From contig JBOFHN010000016.1 of NCBI GenBank assembly GCA_051649665.1, positions 1 through 42,176 of the forward strand: DNA of 42,176 bases, in the 5' to 3' direction. Each line of letters starts with the position of its first letter. The stretch's first letter is position 1. A model generated the notes under the pieces. It made no database searches. It was not told the origin of the DNA and was given only the letters and a program-made list of their open reading frames with translations. Of the stretch, positions 26,527 through 37,759 are shown one piece after another. This DNA comes from Culicoidibacterales bacterium (lineage in GTDB: Bacteria > Bacillota_I > Bacilli_A > Culicoidibacterales > JBOFHN01). The position numbers and the translations under genes are program-made.

Positions 26527-27030
26527 ATGCCAATATATTTAATCGGCATGATGGGCGCTGGAAAGTCTACGATTGGTTTGAGCTTAAGTACGTATCTTCA
26601 ATGTGGATTTATCGATTTGGATAAAGAAATTGAGAAGCAGTTTCAAATGCCGATTTCAGATATATTCAGTATTCATGGTGAACGATATTTTCGTGAAGCA
26701 GAAACAACTTTATTTCAACAAGTTTCACAGCAAAGTCAAATTATTGCAACTGGCGGAGGAATTATAGAGAGTGAAGAGAATTGTAAGTTACTCAAATCGG
26801 GATATACAATTTTTTTACGCGGTTCTATCGATCTTCTTTGGGAACGAGTTCAGCAGGATGATACGCGTCCTTTAGCAGGCGTGAAAAGTGAGTTTGAAAA
26901 GCGATATCAAGCGCGGAAATCACGATATGAAATGTTGTCGGATGCAATGATTGATATCGATGGCAAAACTGTGAAAGATATTGTAGCTGAAATATTGTTT
27001 TTAATTGCTCAAATAGAAGGAGCGCGATAA
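26527..27030 (+). CDS. aroK: Shikimate kinase
   Basis: LIGMMGAGKSTIG, D.D..IE, GE.YFR..E, ATGGG, RPL. Confidence 0.95.
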   Translation: MPIYLIGMMGAGKSTIGLSLSTYLQCGFIDLDKEIEKQFQMPISDIFSIHGERYFREAETTLFQQVSQQSQIIATGGGIIESEENCKLLKSGYTIFLRGSIDLLWERVQQDDTRPLAGVKSEFEKRYQARKSRYEMLSDAMIDIDGKTVKDIVAEILFLIAQIEGAR

Positions 27031-27035
27031 ATCGA

Positions 27036-27470
27036 ATGAAGATTCATGTACTGAACGGGCCAAACTTGAATATGCTCGGGAAAAGAAACCCAGAATATTA
27101 TGGCACAATGACACTTGCTGAACTTGAACAGCAACTTATTGATTATGGTGTAAATCAAGATGTTTCAATTGAATGTTTTCAAACAAATAGTGAACAAGCG
27201 TGTATTGAATATATTCATAAACTACACAATCAGAAAAATACAGGGCTTATTATTAATGCAGGTGCATGGACACATTATAATTACGCAATTCGTGATGCAC
27301 TTGAAATAGTAGACTGCCCAAAAGTTGAAGTGCATTTGAGTGATATTACAACCCGTGAACCATTTCGGAATAACTCAGTTATTCGCGATGTTGTCGATTC
27401 TCATTTTCAAGGTTTAAACGTACAAAGTTATATACAAGCAATAGATTATATCAAAGGAGTATTACAATGA
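27036..27470 (+). CDS. aroQ: Type II 3-dehydroquinate dehydratase
   Basis: LNGPNLNMLG.R.PE.YG, INAGAWTH, EVHLS....RE.FR. Confidence 0.95.
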   Translation: MKIHVLNGPNLNMLGKRNPEYYGTMTLAELEQQLIDYGVNQDVSIECFQTNSEQACIEYIHKLHNQKNTGLIINAGAWTHYNYAIRDALEIVDCPKVEVHLSDITTREPFRNNSVIRDVVDSHFQGLNVQSYIQAIDYIKGVLQ

Positions 27471-28537
27471 GTGTAACACGTATTCAAAAATATTTAAGTG
27501 ACCAAAATGCTGATGCCTTTTTTATTGAATCAGCGACAAATAGACATTATATATCAGGCTTCACAGGGACAAGTGGAGCGCTGCTAATTACAAAAGATGC
27601 AGCATATTTTATTACTGACTTCCGTTATATTGAACAAGCAAAAGTTGAAGTTGCGCCAAATGGATTTCAAATTGTCAACCAGAAACAACAAACGATATAT
27701 GGAGCTGTTAAAACACTCGCTGCTGAATGTGGCGTGAAAGCACTTATGGTTGAAGCTTCTTATATGACACTTCATGAAAAAGATGCACTTCAATCAGAGC
27801 AATACAACATTCTTCACACAGAAAATGTTGTTGAGCAAATGCGAATTATTAAAACAGATGCAGAAGTTCAAAAAGTTAAAAAAGCAGTTGAAATTATTGA
27901 ATCAACATTTCAATATTTATGCGAGCATATTAAAGTTGGTATGAGTGAGAATGAAGTTTCAGAAATGGCACTTGCACAAGTAAAGAAACTCGGTGGAAGT
28001 GGAATGTCATTTGAAACAATCGTTGCATCAGGACTTCGTTCAGCATTACCACACGGTGTTGCGAGTGATAAATGTCTTGAATATGGAGATATTGTGACAA
28101 TTGATTTTGGAGCGTATTATAATCGTTATGTATCTGACATGACAAGAACAATTTTTCTTGGTGAAATTCAAAATCAACAATTAAAAGAAATATACGATAT
28201 TGTCAGAGAAGCAAAACGTCTTGCGATTGAAGCAATTAAACCAGGAATGAAAACATTTGATATTGATAAAATTGCACGCGATTATATTAGTCAACATGGA
28301 TATGGTGAATATTTTGGTCATGGTACAGGACATGGTATAGGAATTGACATTCATGAAAGTCCTCGTGTTTCAATGCATGATACGACAATTTTAGAGCCTG
28401 GTATGATCGTTACAGTAGAACCAGGAATTTATATCCCAGGTGTTGGTGGTGTTCGTATCGAAGATGATATTTTGGTGACGGAAGATGGTCATGAAAATTT
28501 AATGAGACTCAATGATGAATTGATAATATTAGGATAA
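27467..28537 (+). CDS. Xaa-Pro aminopeptidase (M24 family, YqhT/PapA-like)
   Basis: TDFRY..QA, SF.TIVASG..SALPHG, DFGA, SDMTRT, HGTGHGIG...HE, TVEPGIY, GGVRIEDD. Confidence 0.95.
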   Translation: MSVTRIQKYLSDQNADAFFIESATNRHYISGFTGTSGALLITKDAAYFITDFRYIEQAKVEVAPNGFQIVNQKQQTIYGAVKTLAAECGVKALMVEASYMTLHEKDALQSEQYNILHTENVVEQMRIIKTDAEVQKVKKAVEIIESTFQYLCEHIKVGMSENEVSEMALAQVKKLGGSGMSFETIVASGLRSALPHGVASDKCLEYGDIVTIDFGAYYNRYVSDMTRTIFLGEIQNQQLKEIYDIVREAKRLAIEAIKPGMKTFDIDKIARDYISQHGYGEYFGHGTGHGIGIDIHESPRVSMHDTTILEPGMIVTVEPGIYIPGVGGVRIEDDILVTEDGHENLMRLNDELIILG

Positions 28538-28548
28538 TTTGCTATAAT
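28520..28548 (+). promoter_or_regulatory. SigA promoter of efp
   Basis: TTGATA 28520-28525, 17 bp, TG-c-TATAAT 28540-28548. Confidence 0.75.
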
Positions 28549-28579
28549 ATAGGCATGCAATATAAATTTGGAGGAAATT

Positions 28580-29137
28580 ATGATTTCAGTAAATGATTTT
28601 AAAACAGGAATGACAATTGAAGTAGATGGAAATCTTTTTCAAGTACTTGAGTTTTTACATGTAAAACCAGGAAAAGGGGCAGCGTTTGTTCGTTCAAAAT
28701 TACGCAACTTGAGAAGTGGGGCTGTTGTCGATAAAACGTTTAATGCTGGTGAAAAAGTGGAGAAAGCACATATCGATCATAAGACGATGCAATATCTTTA
28801 TTCAACAGGTGAAGAGTATGTATTCATGGACAATGAAACATATGAGCAACTTGAATTGAGAAAGAAACAAATTGAATTTGAATTGAACTTCTTAAAAGAA
28901 AATATGGAAGTTAAAATCATGATGTTTGGAAGTGAAGTTCTTGGTGTAACGCTTCCGGATAAAGTTGAATTGCAAGTTATCCAGGCGGATCCAGCTGTAA
29001 AAGGTGATACAGCTACAAATGCGAAAAAGACAGTTGAACTCGAAACAGGATTCAAAGTTCAAGTACCTATGTTTATAGAAGAAGGTGAAACATTAATCAT
29101 CAGTACACTTGATGGGAAGTATGTTTCAAGAAAGTAG
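28580..29137 (+). CDS. efp: Elongation factor P
   Basis: [10 protein letters not shown]...[12 protein letters not shown]...VP.FI..GE...Y.SR; start ATG 28580 after GGAGG. Confidence 0.98.
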   Translation: MISVNDFKTGMTIEVDGNLFQVLEFLHVKPGKGAAFVRSKLRNLRSGAVVDKTFNAGEKVEKAHIDHKTMQYLYSTGEEYVFMDNETYEQLELRKKQIEFELNFLKENMEVKIMMFGSEVLGVTLPDKVELQVIQADPAVKGDTATNAKKTVELETGFKVQVPMFIEEGETLIISTLDGKYVSRK

Positions 29138-29146
29138 GCATTACAT

Positions 29147-29509
29147 ATGAAAAAAGAAAAACAATCGACAAAATTTATTTACTTTCCAGATAATACTCAT
29201 GGAACGATTGCGATTAATCCATTATCATTACCATATGCACTTTACATGTCAATTTTAGAAATTGATGGTGTTGGTGGGACAAGTATACCTAAAGATGCAC
29301 AGCATTTATATAAAGTCGCTGCTAAAAATATGAAATATAAAATTGAAAATGGTGAAGTGAGCATTGATTTAAAAATCGAAATTGAACGTAGAGTGAATGC
29401 AGCTGAAATTGTGAGTAAAGTACAAAAAACGATTAAAGAACAATTACAATATATTTTCGACATCGTTGTTGGTGATGTGAATGTTGAAATTATTAATATC
29501 GTATCTTAA
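29147..29509 (+). CDS. Asp23/Gls24 family protein (YqhY-like), divergent
   Basis: GTIAI, EIDGV, VQK.IKE.L......V..VNV.I..I; position after efp. Confidence 0.75.
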   Translation: MKKEKQSTKFIYFPDNTHGTIAINPLSLPYALYMSILEIDGVGGTSIPKDAQHLYKVAAKNMKYKIENGEVSIDLKIEIERRVNAAEIVSKVQKTIKEQLQYIFDIVVGDVNVEIINIVS

Positions 29510-29510
29510 G

Positions 29511-29535
29511 GCACAGGTGTATACCTGTGTTTTTT
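29511..29535 (+). terminator. Intrinsic terminator after efp-asp23
   Basis: GCACAGGT-GTAT-ACCTGTGT followed by T run. Confidence 0.8.
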
Positions 29536-29564
29536 CGAAGTTGAATAGAGAGTGAGTCACTAAG

Positions 29565-31013
29565 ATGAACATTATTTTACAAACAGATAGTTATAAATTG
29601 ACGCAACCAAGACAATATCCAAGTGATATGATATATATGCATGATTATCTCGAGAGTCGTGGTGGTATTTACGGTTATACAAAGTTTTTTGGTCTGCAAT
29701 ACTATATTCAAGAATATCTAATGCAAAAAGTAACAGTTGAGATGGTTGAGGAAGCCGTTATTTTCTGTAAAGCACATGGAATCGATTTAGATATTGATGG
29801 ATGGATGTATATTGCGAAAGATTTAGATGGAAAACTGCCTCTTCGAATTCGTGCCGTAAAAGAAGGCGCAATCATTCCTAATCACAATGTATTGATGACA
29901 ATTGAATCAACTGACGAGAGAGTGCCGTGGATTGTTACATGGGCGGAAACGCTGTTGTTGAAAGTATGGTATCCGATTACTGTAGGGACCTATTCGTATA
30001 AAATCAAACAAATCATCCGTGGATTCGCTGAAAAAACATCAGATAATGTCGAGAGTGAATTACCATTTAAACTGCATGATTTTGGATACCGTGGTGTTTC
30101 GAGTGAAGAAAGTGCAATGCTCGGTGGAATGGCGCATCTTACGAATTTTAAAGGAACGGATACAATTGCAGGTGCTTATGGTGCAATGAAGTATTATCAT
30201 GCAACGACAATGCCGGGCTTTTCAATCCCAGCGAGTGAACATTCAACGATTACATCTTGGACGGAAAAACACGAAATTGATGCATATCGCAATATTTTAG
30301 AGCAATACCCAACCGGGATTGTATCACTTGTTTTAGATAGTTATAACTTTTTCAGGGCGATAGACACAATGATTTGTGGTGAATTAAAGCCATTGATTAT
30401 GAATCGTGATGGACTTGTTGTATTGCGGCCTGATAGTGGGGACGCAGCGACAAACATTTTATATGCACTCCGCCATTGTAGCAAAGCGTTTGGGTATCAG
30501 GTCAATAGTAAAGGTTTCAAAGTACTTAACAACATTCGCTTAATTCAAGGTGACGGAGTGAGTGAAGATGTTATTTACGATATTTTAAAATTGATGAAAA
30601 AAGAAAAATTTTCAGTTGATAATATTGCTTTTGGTTGTGGTGGTGCACTTTTGCAAGGGAATAAACATTCCTCGATTAATCGTGATACACATAAATTCGC
30701 AATCAAATGCAGTGCTATTCAACATGCTGATGGAACATTCACAGATGTATATAAAGATCCGGTTACAGATCGCGGGAAATCAAGTAAGCGAGGAAGACTT
30801 GATTTAGTGAAGAAAAGTGGAAAATTTGTAACAGTCAACATTTCTAAGTTACCACTTGGTATGTATCATCCTGAGTCGTTGTTACATGTTGTGTATGAAA
30901 ATGGGAATCATATCACCAAATATGACTGGGAAGAAATTCGAGCAAATGATAACATATATAATGTGGACACAGAAGTAACAATTGAGTTTCCATATTTTGA
31001 AGTTTTGGAATAA
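29565..31013 (+). CDS. nadV: Nicotinamide phosphoribosyltransferase (NAMPT/NadV type)
   Basis: TDSYK, FFGLQY, LHDFGYRGVSS.ESA..GG.AHL.NF.GTDT, IPASEHS, DSY, RPDSGD, IQGDG, GGALLQ, NRDT..FA.KCS, KDP.TD..K.SK.GRL. Confidence 0.88.
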   Translation: MNIILQTDSYKLTQPRQYPSDMIYMHDYLESRGGIYGYTKFFGLQYYIQEYLMQKVTVEMVEEAVIFCKAHGIDLDIDGWMYIAKDLDGKLPLRIRAVKEGAIIPNHNVLMTIESTDERVPWIVTWAETLLLKVWYPITVGTYSYKIKQIIRGFAEKTSDNVESELPFKLHDFGYRGVSSEESAMLGGMAHLTNFKGTDTIAGAYGAMKYYHATTMPGFSIPASEHSTITSWTEKHEIDAYRNILEQYPTGIVSLVLDSYNFFRAIDTMICGELKPLIMNRDGLVVLRPDSGDAATNILYALRHCSKAFGYQVNSKGFKVLNNIRLIQGDGVSEDVIYDILKLMKKEKFSVDNIAFGCGGALLQGNKHSSINRDTHKFAIKCSAIQHADGTFTDVYKDPVTDRGKSSKRGRLDLVKKSGKFVTVNISKLPLGMYHPESLLHVVYENGNHITKYDWEEIRANDNIYNVDTEVTIEFPYFEVLE

Positions 31014-31019
31014 TTTAGA

Positions 31020-31051
31020 AAGAGCACTCCATTGTGAGTGTTCTTATTTTT
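31020..31051 (+). terminator. Intrinsic terminator after nadV
   Basis: AAGAGCACTC-CATTGT-GAGTGTTCTT followed by ATTTTT. Confidence 0.7.
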
Positions 31052-31091
31052 ATATGTGAAAATATCTTTTTAAAAATATCAATTAAAATTG

Positions 31092-31120
31092 TTGACAATA
31101 AAAAAAGAGTGGGATATAAT
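31092..31120 (+). promoter_or_regulatory. Consensus SigA promoter of hrcA operon
   Basis: TTGACA 31092-31097, 17 bp, TATAAT 31115-31120. Confidence 0.9.
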
Positions 31121-31124
31121 ATAT

Positions 31125-31151
31125 TTAGCACTTCGATAGACAGAGTGCTAA
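31125..31151. promoter_or_regulatory. CIRCE element (HrcA operator)
   Basis: TTAGCACTT-N9-GAGTGCTAA, one mismatch to TTAGCACTC-N9-GAGTGCTAA. Confidence 0.95.
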
Positions 31152-31164
31152 AAGGGGTGATGAT

Positions 31165-32166
31165 ATGATACCTGAAAGACAACTTGAAATATTAAAAATA
31201 ATAATTGAAGATTATGTTGGAAGCGGTCAACCAGTTGGATCACAGTATCTCATTAAGACGTATCATTTACCATACAGTTCAGCTACCATTCGTAATGAAA
31301 TGGTTGCACTTGAGCAACTTGGCTATTTAGAGAAGACACATACATCATCTGGTCGTGTCCCATCAAGTGAAGGCTATCGCTTTTACACTGATGTGTTTGC
31401 ACCGAGTGAGTATAAAGAATATAATCGCCTAGTGAATCAAGAAAGTCTATTTGAACGTGGACAATTATTTTCAGAAGTAGTTGAAAAAGCTGTTCGATTA
31501 CTTTCAAATATGACAAAATGTCCTGTTGTATATTTAGGCCCGAATGTTATGAGCCGAAAATTACATCAACTTCAAGTCTTACCTCTTTCCGAAACACAAT
31601 CATTGATTGTTATGCAAACAGAAGATGGAAAGACGGAAACTGAAATTTTCCCTTATATTGGAAATATGACAGAAGAAGTGCTAAATAAAATTGGAATGAT
31701 GTGTCAAGAACGTCTCCAAGGTGAAGTCTTACCACGTGTTATTCGTAAATTGGAAACAGAACTAAAACCACTTTTTATTGAGCGAATAGCTTACTATGAT
31801 TATTTTCATCAAGTATTGGTTAATCTTGTCAATAAACTTTCAACACAAACAAAATTTGTTGTTGGTGCATCAGAATTACTTCGATATCCGGAATTGAGAG
31901 CACCAGAAAATATTGCTCAAATTTTAAAAGTTTTAGAGTCGAAAGATGGTTTAAATGATTTGATACCAACAAATAAAAAGGGTGTCTTCATTCAACTCGG
32001 AGACGAGATTGAAGTAGAAGGATTTGAATCGTGTGCATTAATTACGCAAGGATTTAATGAATTACAAGGTGTTGCGACGCTTTCGATTCTTGGACCAATG
32101 CGAATTAATTATCCTGAAATGATGACATTTTTGGATTATATAACAAAACAACTTGCAAATTACTAG
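31165..32166 (+). CDS. hrcA: Heat-inducible transcription repressor HrcA
   Basis: RQ..IL..II.DY.....PVGS, SSATIRNEM..LE..GYL.K.HTSSGRVPS..GYR; GP.R.NY. Confidence 0.96.
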   Translation: MIPERQLEILKIIIEDYVGSGQPVGSQYLIKTYHLPYSSATIRNEMVALEQLGYLEKTHTSSGRVPSSEGYRFYTDVFAPSEYKEYNRLVNQESLFERGQLFSEVVEKAVRLLSNMTKCPVVYLGPNVMSRKLHQLQVLPLSETQSLIVMQTEDGKTETEIFPYIGNMTEEVLNKIGMMCQERLQGEVLPRVIRKLETELKPLFIERIAYYDYFHQVLVNLVNKLSTQTKFVVGASELLRYPELRAPENIAQILKVLESKDGLNDLIPTNKKGVFIQLGDEIEVEGFESCALITQGFNELQGVATLSILGPMRINYPEMMTFLDYITKQLANY

Positions 32167-32172
32167 GAGGTA

Positions 32173-32775
32173 ATGATGGGAAATAACGAATTTCATTCAG
32201 AGTTGAATCAAGATGATTTCACACTCAATTTAAGTGAAGAAGATATTCAAAAAGCAGAAGAATTGAAAGAAGAGTTGAAAGCAGTTGATCAAGAGCAGAA
32301 AGCAAATGATAAAGTAACGCAACTCGAAGAAGAAATAAATGAAAAAAATACAAAAATTCGCGAACTTGAAGAAGCATTTTTACGTGAGCATGCTGAGGTT
32401 GAGAATTTTAAACGCCGCATGCGTGAAGAACAACAACAATTACTTAAATATGCGAACCAAGGGCTTATGACAGAACTTTTACCAGTTCTTGATGGATTTA
32501 CACATGCACTTGCAAGTGCTGAAAAGACAGAAGCTACAGAAGCTTTTTTCCAAGGTTTTGAAATGATTCAAAAACAATTGGTTACAGCATTAACGAATGC
32601 AGGTTTACAAGAAGTTGAGTTAACAGGAGCATTTAATCCAAATGGACATCAAGCAATTATGACAGATTGTGTTGATGGATATGAAGATGATGAGATTATT
32701 GATACGATGATGAAAGGTTATACATTACATGATCGTACACTTCGCGCAGCGATGGTTAAAGTCAATAAAAAATAA
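32173..32775 (+). CDS. grpE: Nucleotide exchange factor GrpE
   Basis: AE.ENFKRR, LLPVLD, F.P..HQA, KGY.L.DR.LR.AMV.V; start 32173 or 32176. Confidence 0.95.
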   Translation: MMGNNEFHSELNQDDFTLNLSEEDIQKAEELKEELKAVDQEQKANDKVTQLEEEINEKNTKIRELEEAFLREHAEVENFKRRMREEQQQLLKYANQGLMTELLPVLDGFTHALASAEKTEATEAFFQGFEMIQKQLVTALTNAGLQEVELTGAFNPNGHQAIMTDCVDGYEDDEIIDTMMKGYTLHDRTLRAAMVKVNKK

Positions 32776-32792
32776 ATATAAATAATAAATAG

Positions 32793-34610
<1,818 letters not shown>

Positions 34611-34651
34611 ATAGGAGAATAAGAGCAAACATTGTTTGCTCTTATCCCTAT
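34611..34651 (+). other. Stem-loop between dnaK and dnaJ without U-tract
   Basis: ATAAGAGCAAAC-ATT-GTTTGCTCTTAT perfect 12-bp stem, extendable by ATAGG/CCTAT. Confidence 0.65.
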
Positions 34652-34668
34652 GTTGAAAGGGTATATTC

Positions 34669-35769
34669 ATGGATAAACGAGATTATTATGAAGTATTAGG
34701 GCTATCAAAAGGTGCTTCAAAAGATGAGATAAAAAGAGCGTTTCGAAAACTTGCAGCAAAATATCATCCAGATGTGAATAAAGAAGCAGATGCAGAAGAT
34801 AAATTTAAAGAAATTCAAGAAGCATATGCAATCCTTTCTGATGATCAAAAGAAAGCACAATATGATCAATTTGGTCACGCAGCATTTTCAGGAGGCGGTG
34901 GAGGCGGTGGCTTCTCAGGCTTTGATGGATTTGATTTTGGTGACATTTTTGGTGATATCTTCGGCGGTGGATTTGGCGGATTTGGTGGACGAAGTAACCC
35001 AAATGCTCCACGCCAAGGACACGATTTACAACAACGTATAGTGTTGAGTTTTGAAGAGGCTGTTTTCGGAACGAAAAAAGATATTAAAGTATCACACAAT
35101 GAAACATGTGATCATTGTAATGGAAGTGGAGCAGAAACGCCAGAAGATTTACACACTTGTGCAACTTGTGGTGGTAGTGGTATGGAAACAGTTGTTCAAA
35201 ATACAATGCTTGGCCGTATCCAGACACAACGATCATGTAGCAGTTGTCAAGGACGAGGAAAAAGCATTACAAAAAAATGCCACAAATGTTATGGAAATGG
35301 AACTGTACATGTTTCTGCTACAATTGAGATTAATATACCAGCAGGTGTTGATAACGGTCAACAAATGCGAGTTTCAGGACAAGGTGAAGCAGGTATAAAT
35401 GGTGGTCCAAGTGGAGATTTATATCTTTTGTTTGATGTGAAAGCACATGAATTTTTCACACGTGATGGAAATGACATATATTGTGAAATACCAGTTACTT
35501 TTGGACAAGCAACACTTGGTGCAACAATTGAAGTTCCAACATTGACAGGAAAAGGGGAACTGAAAATACCAGCTGGAACCCCAACAGGGAAACAATTTTT
35601 ATGGAGAAATAAAGGTGTTGCAGGTCGTGGTCACCAATATGTGACGATTAATGTAAGTGTTCCTAAAAATCTTAATAAAAAACAAATTGCTTTACTTGAA
35701 GAATTTGAAAATGCGGTTGATTATGATAGTGAAGGAATATTTTCAAAAGTGAAGAAATTTTTCAAATAA
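34669..35769 (+). CDS. dnaJ: Chaperone DnaJ
   Basis: HPD J-domain, G/F region, four CxxCxGxG repeats. Confidence 0.98.
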   Translation: MDKRDYYEVLGLSKGASKDEIKRAFRKLAAKYHPDVNKEADAEDKFKEIQEAYAILSDDQKKAQYDQFGHAAFSGGGGGGGFSGFDGFDFGDIFGDIFGGGFGGFGGRSNPNAPRQGHDLQQRIVLSFEEAVFGTKKDIKVSHNETCDHCNGSGAETPEDLHTCATCGGSGMETVVQNTMLGRIQTQRSCSSCQGRGKSITKKCHKCYGNGTVHVSATIEINIPAGVDNGQQMRVSGQGEAGINGGPSGDLYLLFDVKAHEFFTRDGNDIYCEIPVTFGQATLGATIEVPTLTGKGELKIPAGTPTGKQFLWRNKGVAGRGHQYVTINVSVPKNLNKKQIALLEEFENAVDYDSEGIFSKVKKFFK

Positions 35770-35782
35770 TGCATTAAATATA

Positions 35783-35808
35783 AAAAGCAACGAGAAATCG
35801 TTGCTTTT
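35783..35808. terminator. Bidirectional terminator between convergent dnaJ and ttcA
   Basis: AAAAGCAACGA-GAAA-TCGTTGCTTTT. Confidence 0.85.
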
Positions 35809-36544
35809 ATTTTTCAATTTGTGTTTCTTGTTGCCAAAGCATTAAGTCTTTTTGATTACTAAGCAAATGCAAGAAGTTTTTGTGTGCATGTGGATATCGT
35901 TTGTATAAAGAATCAAGCATCTGTTTTACATCTTCACGACTTGTATGTTTATCCATTGGACATGTACTTGGAACAACAGGGAGTTCAAGTCGATTAACGG
36001 CACTGAGAATTTCTTTTTCATAGGCATAGACAAAAGGACGTATCATTGTCATATCATCACGAGTGAGGTGCATTTTTGGTTTAAATGTTGCAGGTTTAGC
36101 GTTGAAAACAGCATTCATAACGAGTGTTTCAATCGCATCATCTGCATGATGACCAAATGCAAATTTATTTGCACCTTGCTCTTTTGCTGATGAAATCATA
36201 ATTGCTTTTTTGAATTTTGAGCAAAGAGAACAAGGTAAACGTCCTTTGTCATCTTTATTTGCCTCTAAGATTTCTCTCATTTGGGTAGGCTCAATGTGAT
36301 ATCGAATTTCATGTGCTTGACAAAATTCGACAACAGGAGTGAAGTCCATACCATCAAATCCAAATGACATGGTAATACCGACAATGTCAAATTGTTTCTT
36401 TGAGAATTTCTTGTAAAGATGAAGCGCGTAGAGAAGAGCGATAGAATCTTTTCCACCGCTCACACCAACAGCTATAACATCTCCATTTTCGATTAAATTA
36501 AAATCAGCATCTGCACGTCTGAGTGCTCCGAGTAAGTAACGCAT
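35807..36544 (-). CDS. ttcA: TtcA-family PP-loop tRNA thiolase (2-thiocytidine biosynthesis type)
   Basis: SGGKDS PP-loop, PCSLC, GHH.DD..ET, IRP, CP.D. Confidence 0.82.
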   Translation of the reverse strand: MRYLLGALRRADADFNLIENGDVIAVGVSGGKDSIALLYALHLYKKFSKKQFDIVGITMSFGFDGMDFTPVVEFCQAHEIRYHIEPTQMREILEANKDDKGRLPCSLCSKFKKAIMISSAKEQGANKFAFGHHADDAIETLVMNAVFNAKPATFKPKMHLTRDDMTMIRPFVYAYEKEILSAVNRLELPVVPSTCPMDKHTSREDVKQMLDSLYKRYPHAHKNFLHLLSNQKDLMLWQQETQIEK

Positions 36545-36548
36545 ATGT

Positions 36549-37631
36549 TTATTGCTCCTTCTGTGCTTCGCGCTCGCGAACGATTTCGAGAATTTCTTTT
36601 TTTAGTTCTTCTACCATTGTTGCTTCTGGAACTTTTCGGACAATTTCTCCTTTTTTAAAGAGTAATCCCTCACCTCGAGCACCAGCAATACCAATATCAG
36701 CTTCTTTTGCCTCACCAGGGCCATTTACAGCACAACCAAGTACTGCAACATGGATGTTGTGCGGAATTGTTTCCAAAAAGTCCTCAACTTCCTTAGCAAT
36801 TGAAATGAGGTCGATTTCAATACGTCCACATGTTGGACATGAAATAAGCGTAGCAACATTTGAAGCGAGACCGAAATCTTTTAATAATGATTTTGCAACA
36901 CGAATTTCTTCAACTGGATCAGCAGTAAGGGATACTCGAACTGTATTTCCGATACCAAGATATAATAATACACCAAGGCCAGCTGATGATTTGATTGTTC
37001 CAGATTGAAGTGTTCCAGACTCTGTAATTCCAAGATGAAGTGGATAATCAAATGTCTCAGCAGCAAGTTTATATGCATTGATCGCAAGATCAATGTTTGA
37101 TGCTTTCATTGAAATGATAATATCATGAAAATCTAAATCTTCAAGAATTTGGACATGATATTTTGCACTTTCAAGCATTCCTTCTGCTGTTGGATAACCG
37201 TATTTATCAAGAATGTGTTTTTCAAGGCTACCGGCATTAATACCGATGCGAATAGGAATGTTTTTTGCTTTTGCCGCTTCAACGACCTTTTTAACATTTT
37301 CATCTTTTCCGATATTTCCAGGGTTAATACGTATTTTATCAGCACCAGCTTCAATTGCAGCAAGTGCCATACGATAATTGAAGTGGATATCTGCAACGAC
37401 CGGCATTTTTGTATGCTTTTTAATTTCAGCAATGGCCTGTGCATCTTCCAACGTTGGACAAGTACAGCGAACAATTTGGCAACCAGCTTCTTCCAATCGT
37501 TTGATTTCAGCGATTGTCGCTTCAATATCGCGTGTTTTTGTCGTTGTCATACTTTGAATGACAACTTCATTGTTTCCACCAATTTGTATATTCCCAACCA
37601 TAACTGGTCGTGTCTGTTTACGATGAATCAT
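36549..37631 (-). CDS. ispG: HMBPP synthase IspG (GcpE)
   Basis: [46 protein letters not shown]; SD GAGGAG. Confidence 0.98.
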   Translation of the reverse strand: MIHRKQTRPVMVGNIQIGGNNEVVIQSMTTTKTRDIEATIAEIKRLEEAGCQIVRCTCPTLEDAQAIAEIKKHTKMPVVADIHFNYRMALAAIEAGADKIRINPGNIGKDENVKKVVEAAKAKNIPIRIGINAGSLEKHILDKYGYPTAEGMLESAKYHVQILEDLDFHDIIISMKASNIDLAINAYKLAAETFDYPLHLGITESGTLQSGTIKSSAGLGVLLYLGIGNTVRVSLTADPVEEIRVAKSLLKDFGLASNVATLISCPTCGRIEIDLISIAKEVEDFLETIPHNIHVAVLGCAVNGPGEAKEADIGIAGARGEGLLFKKGEIVRKVPEATMVEELKKEILEIVREREAQKEQ

Positions 37632-37664
37632 AAAGATCTCCTCACATAGTCTACTATGTACTAA

Positions 37665-37693
37665 ATTGTAACAATTTAAAAAAAAATTTGCAA
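37665..37693 (-). promoter_or_regulatory. SigA promoter of ispG-ttcA
   Basis: Minus strand TTGCAA (37693-37688), 17 bp, TG-t-TACAAT (37673-37665). Confidence 0.65.
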
Positions 37694-37759
37694 ATCACAT
37701 ACAAAAACAATAATTATATCGTATAATAAATATATAAACTTATTATAAGGAGAATGATT

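Noticed and set aside
34885-34990. GGC/GGT/TTT-rich repeats in dnaJ
   Set aside because: They encode the normal G/F-rich linker of DnaJ.
36523-37649. Long alternative-strand or alternative-frame ORFs over ispG (161, 166 and 130 aa), and similar ones over dnaK, dnaJ, smc and rny
   Set aside because: Shadow ORFs of conserved, codon-biased genes, with no SD or recognisable motifs.
37734-37748. Possible PerR box before sodA (ATAAACT-T-ATTATAA)
   Set aside because: Only the right half matches TTATAAT-N-ATTATAA; too weak in this AT-rich context.
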